Assembly (NCBI GenBank): GCA_963920595.1 | Contig: OY986950.1 | Coordinates: 4,402,001 to 4,466,000 of the forward strand | Length of the DNA: 64,000 nucleotides | Reading direction: 5' to 3' | Source of the DNA: Eimeria praecox | Lineage: Eukaryota | Part shown: positions 10,900 to 24,400 of the stretch, in pieces | How the letters are laid out: each line of letters starts with the position of its first letter | Position numbering within the stretch: position 1 is the first letter of the stretch | Notes under the pieces: generated by a model | Database searches by the model: none | Told to the model about the DNA's origin: nothing | What the model saw: only the letters and a program-made list of their open reading frames with translations | Position numbers and translations under genes: made by a program

Positions 10900-13800
10900 A
10901 AAGTAGGGATATGAGTGCCAACATCCCGTAGAGGATGCTGAATCAATCCCCGCCCTCCCCCATCAAGCGCCTCGCGTTCTCGTGTACCTGAACGTTCATT
11001 CCAGTGATGATGCCTTTCAGAGAACCGTGGAGTTTCCAGACTTTAAAACTCAAGAATTAAGCCACTCTTTTTGTTGTTACTGCACCTGGACAGGATTTGA
11101 AGTGGACGTACTTGTGAATTTGTCCTCAACAACTATCGCAGCCTCTAGCTTCGGGTAAGCCCACTATCAAATTCATCGAGATGCCCGCAAAGATCTGGTT
11201 TGCGATCAGAAGCCTCTGCAAGGGACAGGTTTGAGAATGCTCTGCTGCTTCTTTTGGTGTCATTTTGGGCAAGTGAGAAGATGCTTATCAGGTGACGGGC
11301 GCATCATACGCCACCAAACAACGCGGTCCTCAAGGCCACGTCCGAATCATCTCTATCTTCGCCGGATCTGGTTCGATTCCCGCTGCAGAGCAACAAAACC
11401 CTAAAACATTAATAATTTGCAAGAAAAGTGAGCACTTCTGTGCTGCCACATGCCCCTGCTTCTCGCATGGCAGTTGCAGAGCACCCCGCAGGTGTTGCAC
11501 ATGCTCTTGCACATTCCGGGCGAGCACAGGCACGCCATCCATGCACATTACTATCTCTCCCTTATTTAATGGCCCCAAGAAGCAGCCATTGGCCTGTCTC
11601 GGCAGTTAGACTGGTTGATGCACGAGCCCAAAGGGCATACAGGCATTCTCTGGTTTGCGCATGCCGGGACAGAATGCAGTCTTCCGCCTATTGCCGGGAT
11701 ATACTGGGACCTTAAAAGAACATGCCCGTGAAGTCAAATGAGGAATAGGCGACTATGCTAGCTGCTAAGCCATTCGCTGATCTGTGGCATCGGCAGCCTC
11801 TGTTTACCATGATTCGGTTGAGGGGCTTGAATTCGACGCGCATGCACCACACCATATTCTTTTCCTTCACCATCACCGGGATTGGGCAAAAGGTGCTAGT
11901 TGATGACTACACCGTGCCTTATTAGCAGTTGCTCGCCGGTTTAATTTTTATTCGGAATGCGGGTATTTCCGCTACCTTGGAAGAAGGATGCGGGCTACTC
12001 GAAGAATGACGGCGATTCATTATAAAGGTTATCCTTTCGTTCATGAAAGGAATACGATGTTTTAAAACCGGCTGCTAGATATCTCCTGAAGCATGGACGA
12101 TTGTAACATGCATATTGGGTGTATCGATGGTGGTATAGCTTTTGTACTACAACTACTGAGAGCCCATTTGCGTATGTGGGGTGAGGGGATAGCCTAAGAG
12201 ATATCAACTGTGCTTGACGCAGAACTCCAGCATACATGCATGTTGAAATACTTCTAGATTTGAAATCGGGTAGGGCACCCGCTGAATTTAAGCATATTAC
12301 TGAGCGGAGGAAAAGATGATGCAATGATTCCCCTAGTAACGGCGAGTGAAGCGGGAAGAGATCAAGGTGAAAATCGTCAGTCCCCTATTTGGCCTCACGA
12401 AGTGTAGCCTCTAGTGGCGTTGCCTGTCGGAGGGCAGGTATACGTTTCTTGGAACAGGACTTCAGACTGGGTGACAGTCCAGTCCTTTCTCCTGCTGGAT
12501 GCTCGGCGAAGTTTGTAAGCACTGGGTTGACTCGACACTGATTTGCACGTGCGGCAGTCACCTCTTTTGGCTCCATCACTGCGCGACACTGAACGTGAGG
12601 GCCCAAGCTCTTCCTTGATCGTTTTATTTGTTCACCTAGGGGCGCTGCTTGAAGTCCTGCTTCTGCAGCTCGCTAGCACTTTTCGTGCTTCTGCAGCCTC
12701 GGGTTATGCGCCCTCGCGTACTGCAAAGTAATAAGATACGATGATCGATACGTCCTCCCGGCTTTTGAGGTGGCTGACTCGCTGGGTGTTGCCGGTTACT
12801 GCTTATAATCGCTTTCTGCGCTTGCCCGACATCTACAGTTACAGTGCCAACACCAACGAAGTAAAGCTGGAGAGTTTCCACTCTTTTGCCCCTCGTAGGG
12901 CTTTGGAAGCGGCATTTTTCCTTTCTTTGATGGGAAGCAGCTGCGTCATTTCGCCAATTTCAACCATTCCATCCGTTAGTTGTCTATGTACTTTCCAGCC
13001 TGTTGTCGGTTGCCGCTCTCCTGGGGAGGGACCTGCCGTGAACCGATTCGATAGAAGCTCCCCATCCATCATTGTGCGTCAGTTCAGCGGCCAATGATGC
13101 TTCTCGATGCAGTGTTCTATCGACAGCTGAAGTCTTCCCCGTTCCCCCAGAGCCTGTTTCCTTGGAGACTTGGAGATAAGCCTGCACACCATGGGATCCT
13201 GGCGGGATTGAATGGTCCTCGTGTGCTCCACAAAACAAAGCGGAAACTTTGATTAGCTGAAGCGGCAATGGTCTTGCGTTCCCTTCTAAAAGAGAAGATG
13301 CCACTGTCCATCATAGAACTTCCACTGCGTTGTGAAAATGGTGTAGGACACGCGAACCAAGGAAATCCTCTACTGTTTCCTCATCGAGACGCCTGCCATA
13401 TCTCGATGGTCAGCAGAAGCGGAGGCATTATTCATGAATTACTTTGGGTGAGAATGCTCTTCCCAAAGGCTGGAGTGCAGAGATCGAGGCTGCGTGTGCT
13501 CGGCGAGGTTGCCAACCTTGGATCTCCTCTCTGTGCGAAAGGTCACCATCAGTATCCATTAACGCAAGGGAAACTGTTGAGGGTTTGATTAAAATATCCC
13601 CCTTAATCTCTTTACGTCTTTTCCGAGTCCTCTTCTCTTTACCATTTGCCGCTGCAGAGTAAGCCGACCTGCTGGGGGTTGTTGGTCCGTTGCCTCCATC
13701 TGCCCCACCGAACCGTATGATGCTGGAACCCCTGGGCTAGTGGGAAGTCGGAGTGGTCTGTCATGTGCTGCAACGCACGTCGCTCCAGGTAGTCCGACAA

Positions 13801-14319
13801 TTCAGCCCCACATCCTCGCACAGCCGATGCGTCTTTGCTGCATTCTCTAGCATTTCAAAATGTGTTTAAGGCTGCTTTTAAACGCTTACTTCTTCATCCG
13901 TAGTCAGACTTGGACCAATTACAGATAGGCATGACAATATCACACAGAGCGTGCTACCGGTGCGTTGCATTTGTGGCAGGGAGGGCCGTGCCCCCACCAG
14001 CCCAGGCCGCTGGGCCCCTCCACCCAAGTCCAGCGAGCCGGAAGGCAGAGCAGCAGCTTTTGACTTACTCCTTCTTAAAGTACTTGACTATATCGCATAT
14101 CGTAAAGGCTTTTGCCTGATATCCAAGACTCGTAACAACACTTCGGTACAGCTACGGCTAATGCGGCAAAGCAGCCCCACGTCCAGGCACAATCAATCCA
14201 CATTCTGCTGCACGCTAGTGCAACGAATCGTTGAACACTTAATATGTGTTTCATAGTAAGCTTACGAGCAGGTGGAGATGCGGGCGCTAATACCGCACAG
14301 ACGAGGCTACAATGCTACA
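10900..14319 (-). mobile_element. Ty3/gypsy relic E2 (short 5' LTR, gag, Zn knuckle, RT, integrase core; RNase H apparently deleted)
   Basis: RT: EHVQHLRGALQ...KCSLFLQIINVLGFCCSAAGIEPDPAKIEMIRTWP (11330-11578) and MRVEFKPLNRI (~11840). Integrase: ISMNLIVGLPEARGCD and VWKLHGSLKGII (~11000-11200). gag: FHNAVEVL...ASSLLEGNAR (~13270-13340). LTR-like 14131-14319 ends in atgctaca. The 3' boundary is uncertain. Confidence 0.85.
12257..12424 (+). pseudogene. 28S (LSU) rRNA 5'-end fragment, diverged
   Basis: acccgctgaatttaagcatat, gcggaggaaaaga, gattcccctagtaacggcgagtgaagcgggaagag and tgtagcct occur in the order of the conserved eukaryotic LSU 5' end. No other rDNA is in the window. Confidence 0.9.
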
Positions 14320-15235
14320 CAAAGTATGCAACCGGTGCCGAATGTCATCTCCTTGTGCCGAAGCTCATTTGCGATGCAAGCATTAGCACTGCGTGCTGCT
14401 GGTACACACTTACTTGGCTTCTGATTGTTAACATATACAGAAATATCGATACATTCACCCGCCTACGATAGGAACTGGTACGCAGTTGCTGCCATGAGAG
14501 GGGATAGCCCGCAGTTTCGACGTGAGAGGACACGCTTTTTTGAGCAAATGTATCTGTTTAAAATACGGTTTACGTCTAAAGGCTTCGCCTCTTGTAGACC
14601 AAAAAACTGTCCCAGCACGTCACCTCCAGTCTCGGGGCGGGGCCGACGCCCGTCAGAACGTGGGGAGACCGGCAAAATGTGGGCCGAAAGTAGATAGGCT
14701 AAAATGAGGATTCTGAATCTTTCGTCGGGAAGTTAAACTAAAAAGTTGCTCTTGGCTAAAGCTCTACGTAGGTGGTGGAGAGACGGAAGCGGAGAGAGGG
14801 CCTTGAGTCCCACGCGCCCCCCACTGCAAGACCCCCAACGAGTGAAAGGGCTGCTTCCTCCAAGGGACCCAACACAGCGGCTCCGTCTTCAGTTGCAAAA
14901 GGTTTATCTTGTTATTCCCTTTCCTTTCATGGTTCCCTTGAGGTCTCGCAAAAAGCGCTGGAGACCAGAGGGAAGTAGCGACAGGCTGCCGAGTGTGGTT
15001 CTGCTTTGAGAGCCTGTGCCTGTCCCACAGTAGCAGGCGCAACCCTGAAGCCTCTGATAGGCATTATTTGCAAAATTCTCTGGCTCACGTAAAATCCCTT
15101 CTAGGGGTCCAAAAAGGCCCCTCCTTTAGAGCACCCTTCCCCCGCGCACCCCCCAACCTTGGGGCATGCGTATATGTGCTTGTACGCAAGAAAGACACCC
15201 CCCAGCCTCCTTGGCCTGCTTTTCCGCTTCTGCTG

Positions 15236-18200
15236 ATGTCGGTAGCTGCCAGTTTCCCCAACGGAGAATGCGCTTTAGGTGAGGAAGCGTTTCGGGGCTC
15301 CGGGGGATGCCCGATTTCTGGCGCAGCGACGGGTGGGCTTCCACCGGGTATTGGGCCGAGCTCCCTTCCTTCAGCAACAGATATCGAAGCTGGATCCTTC
15401 GGAGTGAGCTGCCTGCCTCCGTTAAGCAGGCCTCCAGAACCCGCAGTGGGGCAAACCGCGGCGGAGAAGGCTGCCAGCGACCGTAGCTGCTCCACAACAG
15501 CAGGAGCAGATGGGTCTCTTTCTGCGGATGCTTGCAAGTCTGTATCTTCTGAAGCTGCTTTCCTACCGGCAAGCCAAGAGTGTGACTTGCCTCGTATGTC
15601 GCTAGCTTTCAGCACACCCCCTGGGGGCAGCCTTTCCCCCAGAGAGCCCCCTCGAGAAATTGGGGGGGCCCTATTTCCAGTCCCCTACCAGGAGGGAGAG
15701 GCGCTCGAGGTGGCAGCCCTCACGGCTCAGCTGAAAAATCTTCAGATGCAAGGTGGCTGTGAGCCGGCGACTGGCGAGGTAAAGCCTCTAGGTGCAGAGG
15801 GGATGCCTCTCCAGCTCTCTCCCCCTCTGGCCCCGCCCGAACTACACAGCCAAGCGGTGACGGAAGGGGGAGCTGTAGAACCAAAGTCCTGGGTCCCAAC
15901 CCAGGCTCAACAAGGAGCAGGCGTGGGGGCTACTCAGGTCCCCGGGGGCCCCCACGTACAGCAGGAGGGGCCCCGAACTCGGCAAAGGTCGAACGCCTTC
16001 GCTCCAAACTGCGGTGGTGGGAAAGGTCGTGCAGGAGACACAGAAGATCAGGTGTACCGACTGGGTTTGCTGCTGCGCCAGCTGGGTAGGCTTGGGCGCG
16101 TGCGGTCATGTTGGGAGATATGGCAGGAGATGATGAATACAGAAGGCAAGCGCTCGAGGACTACCAGAAGTGCCGCTAGTTTATTGTTCTGGTTGTATCC
16201 AGGCTTCTGCTTTTTGCGGTTACTACATACGTCTGCCGTTCATATCTTATGGGGCGGCTGCAGGGATGGGGCCAATACCACTGCTTGGCATTTTCCATTG
16301 GTGTGTCTGATGCGGGGCTGCGGGTTGCCTCAGGCCTCAAGCCCAATGCCGTCTCCTACGGCTGCATCTTCGATGCCCTCGTGAGCAACGGCGCCATGGA
16401 CTTGGCACTGAAGCTGTTAGCCGACATGAAAGCTTCTAACCAGCCCGTCCGGCCCAACACCGTCATGTACTCTACTCTTATTAAGGGATGTGCGCAAACC
16501 AAGCAGGCGAGTTCGCAAGACCCTAAGCCTTCTGGGGCTAGAGGGGGAAGGGGGAATCCTTTAGCTCTTCGTGTATCAATATGTCGTTTCTTGTGTGTAT
16601 TTCATGTCCACATCACGTTGGCCACCAGGGTGGAACTGGTCAGGTACACTGGCTAGGTAATGGGTGCTTGGGCTTTGGCTTAGGGATAGGGGATAGGTGA
16701 GAGTTGTGAGTTTGCCATTCCTGTTCTTTCTGTCTTCAGCTAGATCAAGCTCTGAGTCTGTTTGAAGAGATGGCTGCACAGGGGGTGGAGATCAACACGG
16801 TCACCTACAATTCTCTCTTAGATGTGTGTGCCCGAGTAGGGGCAATGGATCGTGCAGCTTCTCTGCTAGACGACATGCTTCAGAAAGGTAATGCCCAAGC
16901 GTCGACTTGCCAGCTGCCCTTACACTGCGTGTGTGCCTGAAGCCCATACACCAAGGGAAGCAAGGGGGGCTGCTGCGAGACAACGTGGGCTGCAGCAGAG
17001 ATGGGCGGAAGCCTTCTCAGGTCCTTAGTTGCCAGCTATCTCATGCGGGGCATTCCTTGCCGTGCCCATGCCTATACGGCAGCGTGGTTAGCACGTGCGT
17101 ACATGCCTCTTGGCGTATTTGAATTGGAAAGGCTACAGTTAAGGCGCTACAGCTGCAATCATTTCGCTCCCTTTGCTGTTTTCTGGTCGCTGCAGGCGTC
17201 CAGCCTGATCTGATCACATTCAGCACTATCATAAAAGGCTACTGCGCCCACGGGCAGATGGACAAAGGCCTCCTCTTGCTCAAGGCAATGAAGCAGAAGA
17301 ACATAAACCCTGACGGTGTTCTGTATAACTCTCTTCTAGATGGATGTGTGCGCTCGGGTGTAAGTCACAGCGTGTTAGTATATCCACGGCTCTGTTCCCT
17401 TGGCCTGTAGGCTTTTGCTAGCTCTCTCTTTCCAGTGGGCCTTGTATCCAGGACCTTGCAGGTGTCTGGTTGTTGTCTTGGGGCATATGCCAACTCTCCT
17501 AATTAACAATCTTCTTAGTTGCAAACAGTAACATGAGGCTTCCCGACTCCTGTCTTTTTCTCGCCTGGCTGCAGCGATCTTCCCTCTGTTTAGAGCTTTG
17601 GCAAGAGATGCAGGCTCAGCGCATAAAGCCCTCGAACTTCACTCTGAGTATTCTGATTAAACTTCACGGGCGTATGCGGCAGCTGCCTGTTGCCTTCGAG
17701 CTGGTGAAGCAACTCCCCAAGATGTATGACTTCAGAATCAATGCCCACGTGTACACTTGCCTCATGGCAGCGTGCATAGAAAACAGACAGGTTAGTCTCC
17801 CATCAAGCTTGCTTCTCAAGCGTTTATTCTTAGTAGCTCAGTTCCCAACTCGCGTCAAGAGCAACGCTACCCAAGGCGTGGGAGCTGTCCCTCATACATG
17901 AGTGCGCTCTGGTGACTCTAAGCAACATTCAGAACACAGTCCACGTAGCATGAACGCCTGTCCATGTAAGGCTGCATACGCTTGAAGTGCATGCTAACAG
18001 CACGTGGGCCCCTGCCATCGTATGCGGTGTCTTTTCAGTACAAGGCTGCGTACAACGTCTTGCAGATCATGCGCCGAGAAGGAGTGGCAGCTGATAGCAA
18101 GACTGTGAGTACCATTGTTTTTGGCTGTCTAAAGGGGCGGATGCACGCGCAGGCTGTGGAGGTCGTTCTGAATGTAAGTCCCTGCTGCACTGTCAGCAAG

Positions 18201-19758
18201 GTGGTTTCGTGCATCACCACACGCGTCCCAAATATAAGAAGCCGCATTTCATCCACCCTCTACCCTGTTTCGTTCCAGATTACAGAACCTGTATTGTTGG
18301 TCCATTCGCATCTAGGGTTTAGAATTTAGGCCGATGAGTGTATAACGGGGGTTGCTGGTGCCCACTTTTATAGGCTTTGGAGAGTGTGCGCGAGTCAAAC
18401 TCGCGGGGTCAAGGCCGGCATCTTTCCCGAGGTCGTTCTTTGGGTGTTGGGGCAAGTCGCAAGCAGGACTTGCCAGCGATAGACGAGAAGACCGTGCGCT
18501 TGTTAGTATACCACCTGCGGGAACAGCATATGCATCGTGTAAGGCGTTAAGGGTGGCTGAAGTGCAGTGGGGCATGCTGTTGTTCCCCTGCTTTCCGTGT
18601 TTGTCAGATATAAAATATCTTGGGGCATTCCGTGCGTCGGAAGATACGTGTGGATGCCTTTGCAGGAATGTACATTGGTCCTGGAAGCAGCTGTGAGTGT
18701 GGGCCTCATGAGTCGTGCCACAGCACAGTCTCTGCTTACAGGTGAAGGGAGCTCTGGGCGGAGGCTTCCCTTTGTTGCCTCCACGGCCCCAGCGGGGGGC
18801 TTCACGCCGCCACAGTCCCTCAGCCGCCAGCCACATCTCCTAGTCAACCAGCCTCCAGCTGGCGCGCGGCTCATGGGAATTCGTGGAGGCGCACAGCAAG
18901 GCAGCATGCGCTGGCATGAGCCGAGAGGGGCCTATCGCCATCCGGCAGCTGGACTTCATGGGGGGACTCCCCATCGCAGTGTCAATAGCGGGGCAAAGGA
19001 AGGGTACTCACTCCCCGCCGAGGGCCGTCTGAACTTGAGCACAGCTCAGGAGAACCCCATGGTCTCCGCCAGCCAGCCTTGGACCGTAGAGCGGCCGCCA
19101 ACCCAGCAACCTCCCACACCTACTGTGAGGAGGTCGCAGGCGATGAATTCGCTGCAGCCCGGAGTTGAAGCCAAACAACGCATTCTCTCATTGCATCCGC
19201 AAGACCCTCTCCCTCTTCGCACCGCTGGACTATTGGGGGATCTGCCGACGCAGCATCTGCTGCAGCTTCCGATCAACGGAGGCATTCTTACTGGAGGGAA
19301 TACAGTGGATTTGGCCCCTCCGAGCAGCCGGTCGTTGGATCTGGGGAGTCCACCCTGTATGGCTGAGGAGAACATCTCAACGCAAGGAGCAACGCTACAC
19401 AGTGAGTGCTAGTTAACCTCATGACCATCTAAGGTTGGCATGATCAAAGCACTGGAGGGCAGCAACAGTAGCAGCATTCAAGCAAGCAATGTCCCTGCCT
19501 CCTGTTATTGGTGCTGCAGCTTCCGTCTCCGTGGATTTGTATGGACCTGGGGTGGTCAGCGAGTCTAGCCGTATCTGGGGCGCTCCGGCACCCGGGACAA
19601 CACCACCGTCTGCAACGGGCTGCGGTGTCTTTGCAATGCCATCGGCCGTAACCCATCCTCCTCCACGTGCTGTGGAGCTGCCCATTGATAGCAGTTTCCT
19701 CCTCGGGGTAAGCTGGCCGCCGGATCAGGTGTTTGCTGAAATGCACAGACCTAGGTAG
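15236..19758 (+). CDS. Pentatricopeptide repeat (PPR) protein, multi-exon, about 8 P-type repeats
   Basis: Spliced ~35-aa repeats: GLKPNAVSYGCIFDALVSNG..., RPNTVMYSTLIKGCAQ..., INTVTYNSLLDVCARVG..., QPDLITFSTIIKGYCAHG..., PDGVLYNSLLDGCVRSG, KPSNFTLSILIKLHGR, INAHVYTCLMAAC, ADSKTVSTIVFGC. The start codon and 3' exons are approximate. Confidence 0.88.
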
Positions 19759-21463
19759 TTGGCAGGGAACCACGGGAAGTGCGTCAAGCATCTAGGGTGA
19801 ACGGCCGCAGGCTCCCACGATATGCAGAATCCTGCCCGCCATAGAACACTCAAGTTAGAAAAAAGCACATACTTTATGTCCTTGTTCAGGCGGGAGGCTC
19901 ATTTTTCAATGAAGAGAGTTGCCAGCTTCCGGGGCTGCCTCTCTCTTCGCCTTCATACGCTTGTGAGGGCTCCCTACAGCCCTCTTGCACAACGGCTCCT
20001 TTGTTTCAGTAGGCCTGACGTGCGAGTGTTGTAGTCATCTTGCCTTTACGATGTTCATTCCTAGGAAGCTGCAGTAGCGGCCTACATTCTTAAAGCTTTC
20101 GGGCGTTTCTCGCGGGTGCGCGCTGGACTTGATGTCCAGCTGGCCTCGGCAGCAAGGAGAAAGTCCCGGGAGGGGAATAATCAACCTTACGGAATGGTTC
20201 TCATTTGCCGTGTCCCCCTGACATTACCAGTAGGCTGATTGAGGGGGCAGAGGGAAGCTTTTTGGTCAATATTTCCCCCTGGCCCTTTGTCGCGCCGGCA
20301 GAAGAACCTTGGGAAGGCATACTGGCCGCTACGTGTCCGGTCCGGTCCAGCATGCCTACGTGCCCCTCCTTATGCGCATCTACTTCACAAGCCCCTCCCG
20401 CGTGTTAGCTGCACCGTATCCTCATCTTCGTCGTTTCATTCGGCTGGCGGAGGTGTTTTTGGTGCGCTTAGGATTTCGTTGGTTCAGGCCTCTCGCCCAG
20501 GTAACCATCAAAGGGCTGGCGCCGGCCAGCAGGCAAGCAAGAGGTGCCCCACCCCCGTAGGCCCATTAACAGTGTGAAATTCATGCTTGACGAAACCTGC
20601 CGTATTGCACTTCCCCACAATCGAAAAACCTCGCATGCGACCGTACCGTTCCAACGCCTCGTATCTTGGCTGGTTCCCTGAGTGCGTGAGATGAGACACG
20701 TGAGACTCAGGGGGCCTGCTGCAGCCGCTGCCAACGCAGTCATACCACAGAAGAGCAAGCGTCCCACGGCAGTAGCGCTATTGTTCGTTGGAAGGCGCTT
20801 GCAGCATCCACAGACAGACAATGAGCTGGTTTGACGTTTCGTGAATCCTACGCGGAGACCAACCGTTGCGCTACCTACTTGGTGGCATTTGCAGCGGAAG
20901 CTTGTGGTACTTCTGTGCCATGACTAATATATTTGACAGCACCTCCCTTAGCGAACAGACAATGTGGACTTTCAGCAAGGCCTTCAGGAGTCTTGTAGCT
21001 TAACAAACTAGAAACCAGGAAGACTCAATTGGGGAGCCTCTGAACACGCACACTACTAGGGGAGGCGTTGCTTACAAGCATAGTTTCCAAACAAAATGAA
21101 GAACTGCTACCAAAAAATGTGCTGGGAGAGCGTAGCACTGCAGGAATGGTGGCTGTGTCCACTACACTCTTGACCCGCCCGGACAAGAGGCATCCCTTCC
21201 GACGTATGCCCAGGCGTCGTACACACACTGCTCAGCTCCCCTTATTACACACAGCAAGACGTAATTGTAGGCGTAGGCTACAGTAGCCGTAGGGCACGGT
21301 GACTATGGGGTGTGCGGGGGGTTCCAACGCCTTTGAGCACATTCAGCATACAAAGCATGGTGCTCACGGAGAAACTAGCGGCTGGGAGCATTTTGCACAT
21401 CAGCGTTCACTGACGGTTCTTCCAGCTAGACGAATTCATCAGGCCTCCCCAGTCTCTTCATCT

Positions 21464-24400
21464 TTAGATGCCCCAAAAGAAACCCGCTATTGTGCTAGCG
21501 ATGCCTCCGTCCGTCTCGCCGTCGTCACTCGAAGAATCGTCACTCTGGTCTTCAGCACCTTCCACCGTAGACAGTTTCAACGGAGGAACTTCGTTTTCCT
21601 TGGGGGTCTCCTCTGCACGGTCCCCGCCGACAATCATCCCAAGAAGTGAGGGACGAGGTGCAGAGGATGACGCATCCTTTGCAGCAGTATCCCCTTTCGA
21701 TGCATCATTAGTCCCCTGGTTATTTCCAAACAACCCGAAGCCCCATCCAGTGGGTGCATCGGCCGTTGCAGTAGTCTCACCAACGGCTTCAGCAGCATTT
21801 TCCACCTCAGAGTGTTGGGCGGATCTCTCCTCCGATGTCTCGCCTTTCTTTTTCTTTTTCTTTTTCTTTTTCGCGCCACCGTCATCCTCCTCTGGTGACT
21901 TGCTTGGCTTGGAATCGCCGTCACTCTCCGCCGTTTTTTTCTTCAGCTTTTTCTTTGAAACTGTCTCCGTTCCTGAGGCCTCACTGTGGGAGGGGTCTTC
22001 ATCATTTTCATCTCGTCCTTTTAAGTGTTGGCTGGGTTTCTTCAGCTGGTCCCCAGTAGGGCCTGCCACAGCCGTCTTTGTCGGCTTCTGATCGGCAGCT
22101 TGCTGCTCCTCCCTTGTTGCACCGGCACTCACTGCTGCCGTGCCTGGGCGATCGACCTTTGAAGCGGGGGGTGGCGGAAGCCCTGGCATTCGTTTTGCTA
22201 TACTGGGGGCCCTTTGGACAGCTTTCCCAGGTGAAGAATTTGCGCCTCCAGAAGGCTGCGGCTTGGGTTTTTCTTTGGTAGGCGGTGGGCCAGATGTTTC
22301 GGCTTTTAGGGCCTCCAGCTCCTTCTGCACCCTCTCCAGCTCTTTCTTCAAGGCGCTGTTATCGCTGAGTACTTGAAGCTTTTCCTTTTCTAAGGACTCT
22401 AGCCTGGCCTTTAAGGACTCGATTTCCTTAGTCTTTTCCCTTATCAGGGTCTCCTTCTTTAATGCCTCTTCCGTAACCTTCTCTAACTCCGAAGCTTTGG
22501 TCTGAAGCTCCTCTTGCTTCTTTGCCAACTCCGCAGCTACAGAAGCCGCGTCAGACACAGGGGCAGCACTCGCCTTAAGCTCTAGGATCTCCGCCTTGTA
22601 CTCTTTTATTTGGGCATCTTTCTGTTTGATTTGCTCCTGAAGTTCCGCAAGAGAATTACCCTCCGTGCCTTCTCCACTGACAGGACCAGGAGGCGTTGTA
22701 GGGGGAGCCTTCGCAAAAGATGCATGCCCTGCTTCTTTCACAGCCGCATCAGGCAACAGATGCTCAGAAGCTCTTCTCTGAGGCCCCCTAGTTGTGGCCT
22801 CGTCTCCAACAGACGCCTCTCCACGTGGAGACCCTGTGGGCGTCGTGCGCAGCTGGGCGAGTTTGCTACTGAGTGCATCGTTCTCCGCTAGAGCCTTCTG
22901 TAGCCTTTGCTGCAACAGTTCCACTCTTGCCCGCAGTTTCTGCTCCTCTGGATTCTTCGCTTCATGAGCGCCCCCACCCAACCAGGACAATATACCTGTG
23001 GATTCAGTTTCTTCGACCTGTTGAGGGGGCCTTGTAGCAATATCGAGCTCTTCCTTCGTGTCCCGGTAAAGGCGTTCAAGCTTTTCTAACCTTTCCTTGG
23101 TGATCGCTTCTTCTTCTTCTAGGCTCGTGATGCGCTCCTTCTGGGCCTTGTATGCCTGGTACACCTTGTCCCGCTGAGCCTTGAGCTTTTCATACTTGGC
23201 AGCCCAGTCAGCAGGTGGCCGGACATCCAGCAGGGCTGAAGAGCTCTGGGTTGTAAGGCCCGTTTTCATCGTGGACATGCCTTCAAGGTCATCAGCTACG
23301 GTTGAAGCAACTGCAGAAGAAGGGAGAGTTACAGCAGAAGCCGGCTTTAGCATGGTGGCCGAATCCTCTGCTTTGTCCACTACTGTCATCGCCGGCTTAT
23401 CTTTAGCTTCTTTCTCGTGTAGTTTGATGTTTGCCTCGTGCTTAGCTTTCAGGGACTCCAGCTGGTTGCGAAGAGCCTCGCGTTCCTTCTCCATTTCCAC
23501 AAGGGCGTTGCACTTAATCACAAGGTTCCGCACCCGGCGTTTGGCCCGGTATAACCGCTCCGTCAGCTCGGCCACACGCTCTTCCGCCGGAGAAGATTCC
23601 CCTTCGGAGTCCCCTTCTTCTGTTTCTGCATCGGATTTCGACAAAACCTCCTCTGTCAGCAGGCTTTCCTTGTTCAGACGACCCTCCAAAGCTACTCCCT
23701 TCATCGAGGGAGACCCCAGCTTGGCTTCATGGTGCGTTTCTTCTTTCGCTGCCTCCGCGCCCGCAGAGATCACAGGGCCTTCATCTTTTCCGTCTCCGGC
23801 CGCTCCTGATATCAGTACATCCTTAGCTGTGGAGATGGCCTGCGTAGGTACTTTAGCAGGCAATGGAGGCTTCCCGGGCTTTACTTTCGAGGGCAAGCTC
23901 CCTTTAGTTTTCGGGATTGTGACCACCTGAGCTCCTGCTGCTCGAAGCGTTGACAGCTCTGCTTCCAGCGCAGCCACGCGTTCCCTTAAAGTATTTCTTT
24001 CTTTGCGCAGCTGCTCGGTCTCTTGTGGCTCCAAAATTTCAGCTTCGCTCGTTTGGGCCTTTTCCTCAGTTCCACTGGCCTTCGCTTGTGTCTTCAAGGC
24101 CTTGAGCTCCTCCTGAAGCGCCTCGAATTCCTTCTGAAGAGACTCGTGAGTTTTTTTCAATCCCTCTGCAGCCGCCAGCCGCTCCCGCAAAGATGCTATT
24201 TCTTGTTCAAGATTGCTTGCTGACTCCCCATTCAATTCAACTCTATCGCCGGAAGTGGATACCACTGGTGGAGCTTTCTTCGGAGGCGGAGGTACTTTCG
24301 TATCGTTTTCAGCAGGTTTGGGAGGGGGAGGAGGCGCCTTCTTGGTACTCTTCCTTAAAGGCTCGGCAGGCCCTTCTGAACCCTCGGCCTTCTTGCTTAG

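Noticed and set aside
12257..12424. Functional rDNA unit
   Set aside because: Only ~170 nt, with substitutions in conserved positions. No 18S, 5.8S or remaining 28S is nearby.
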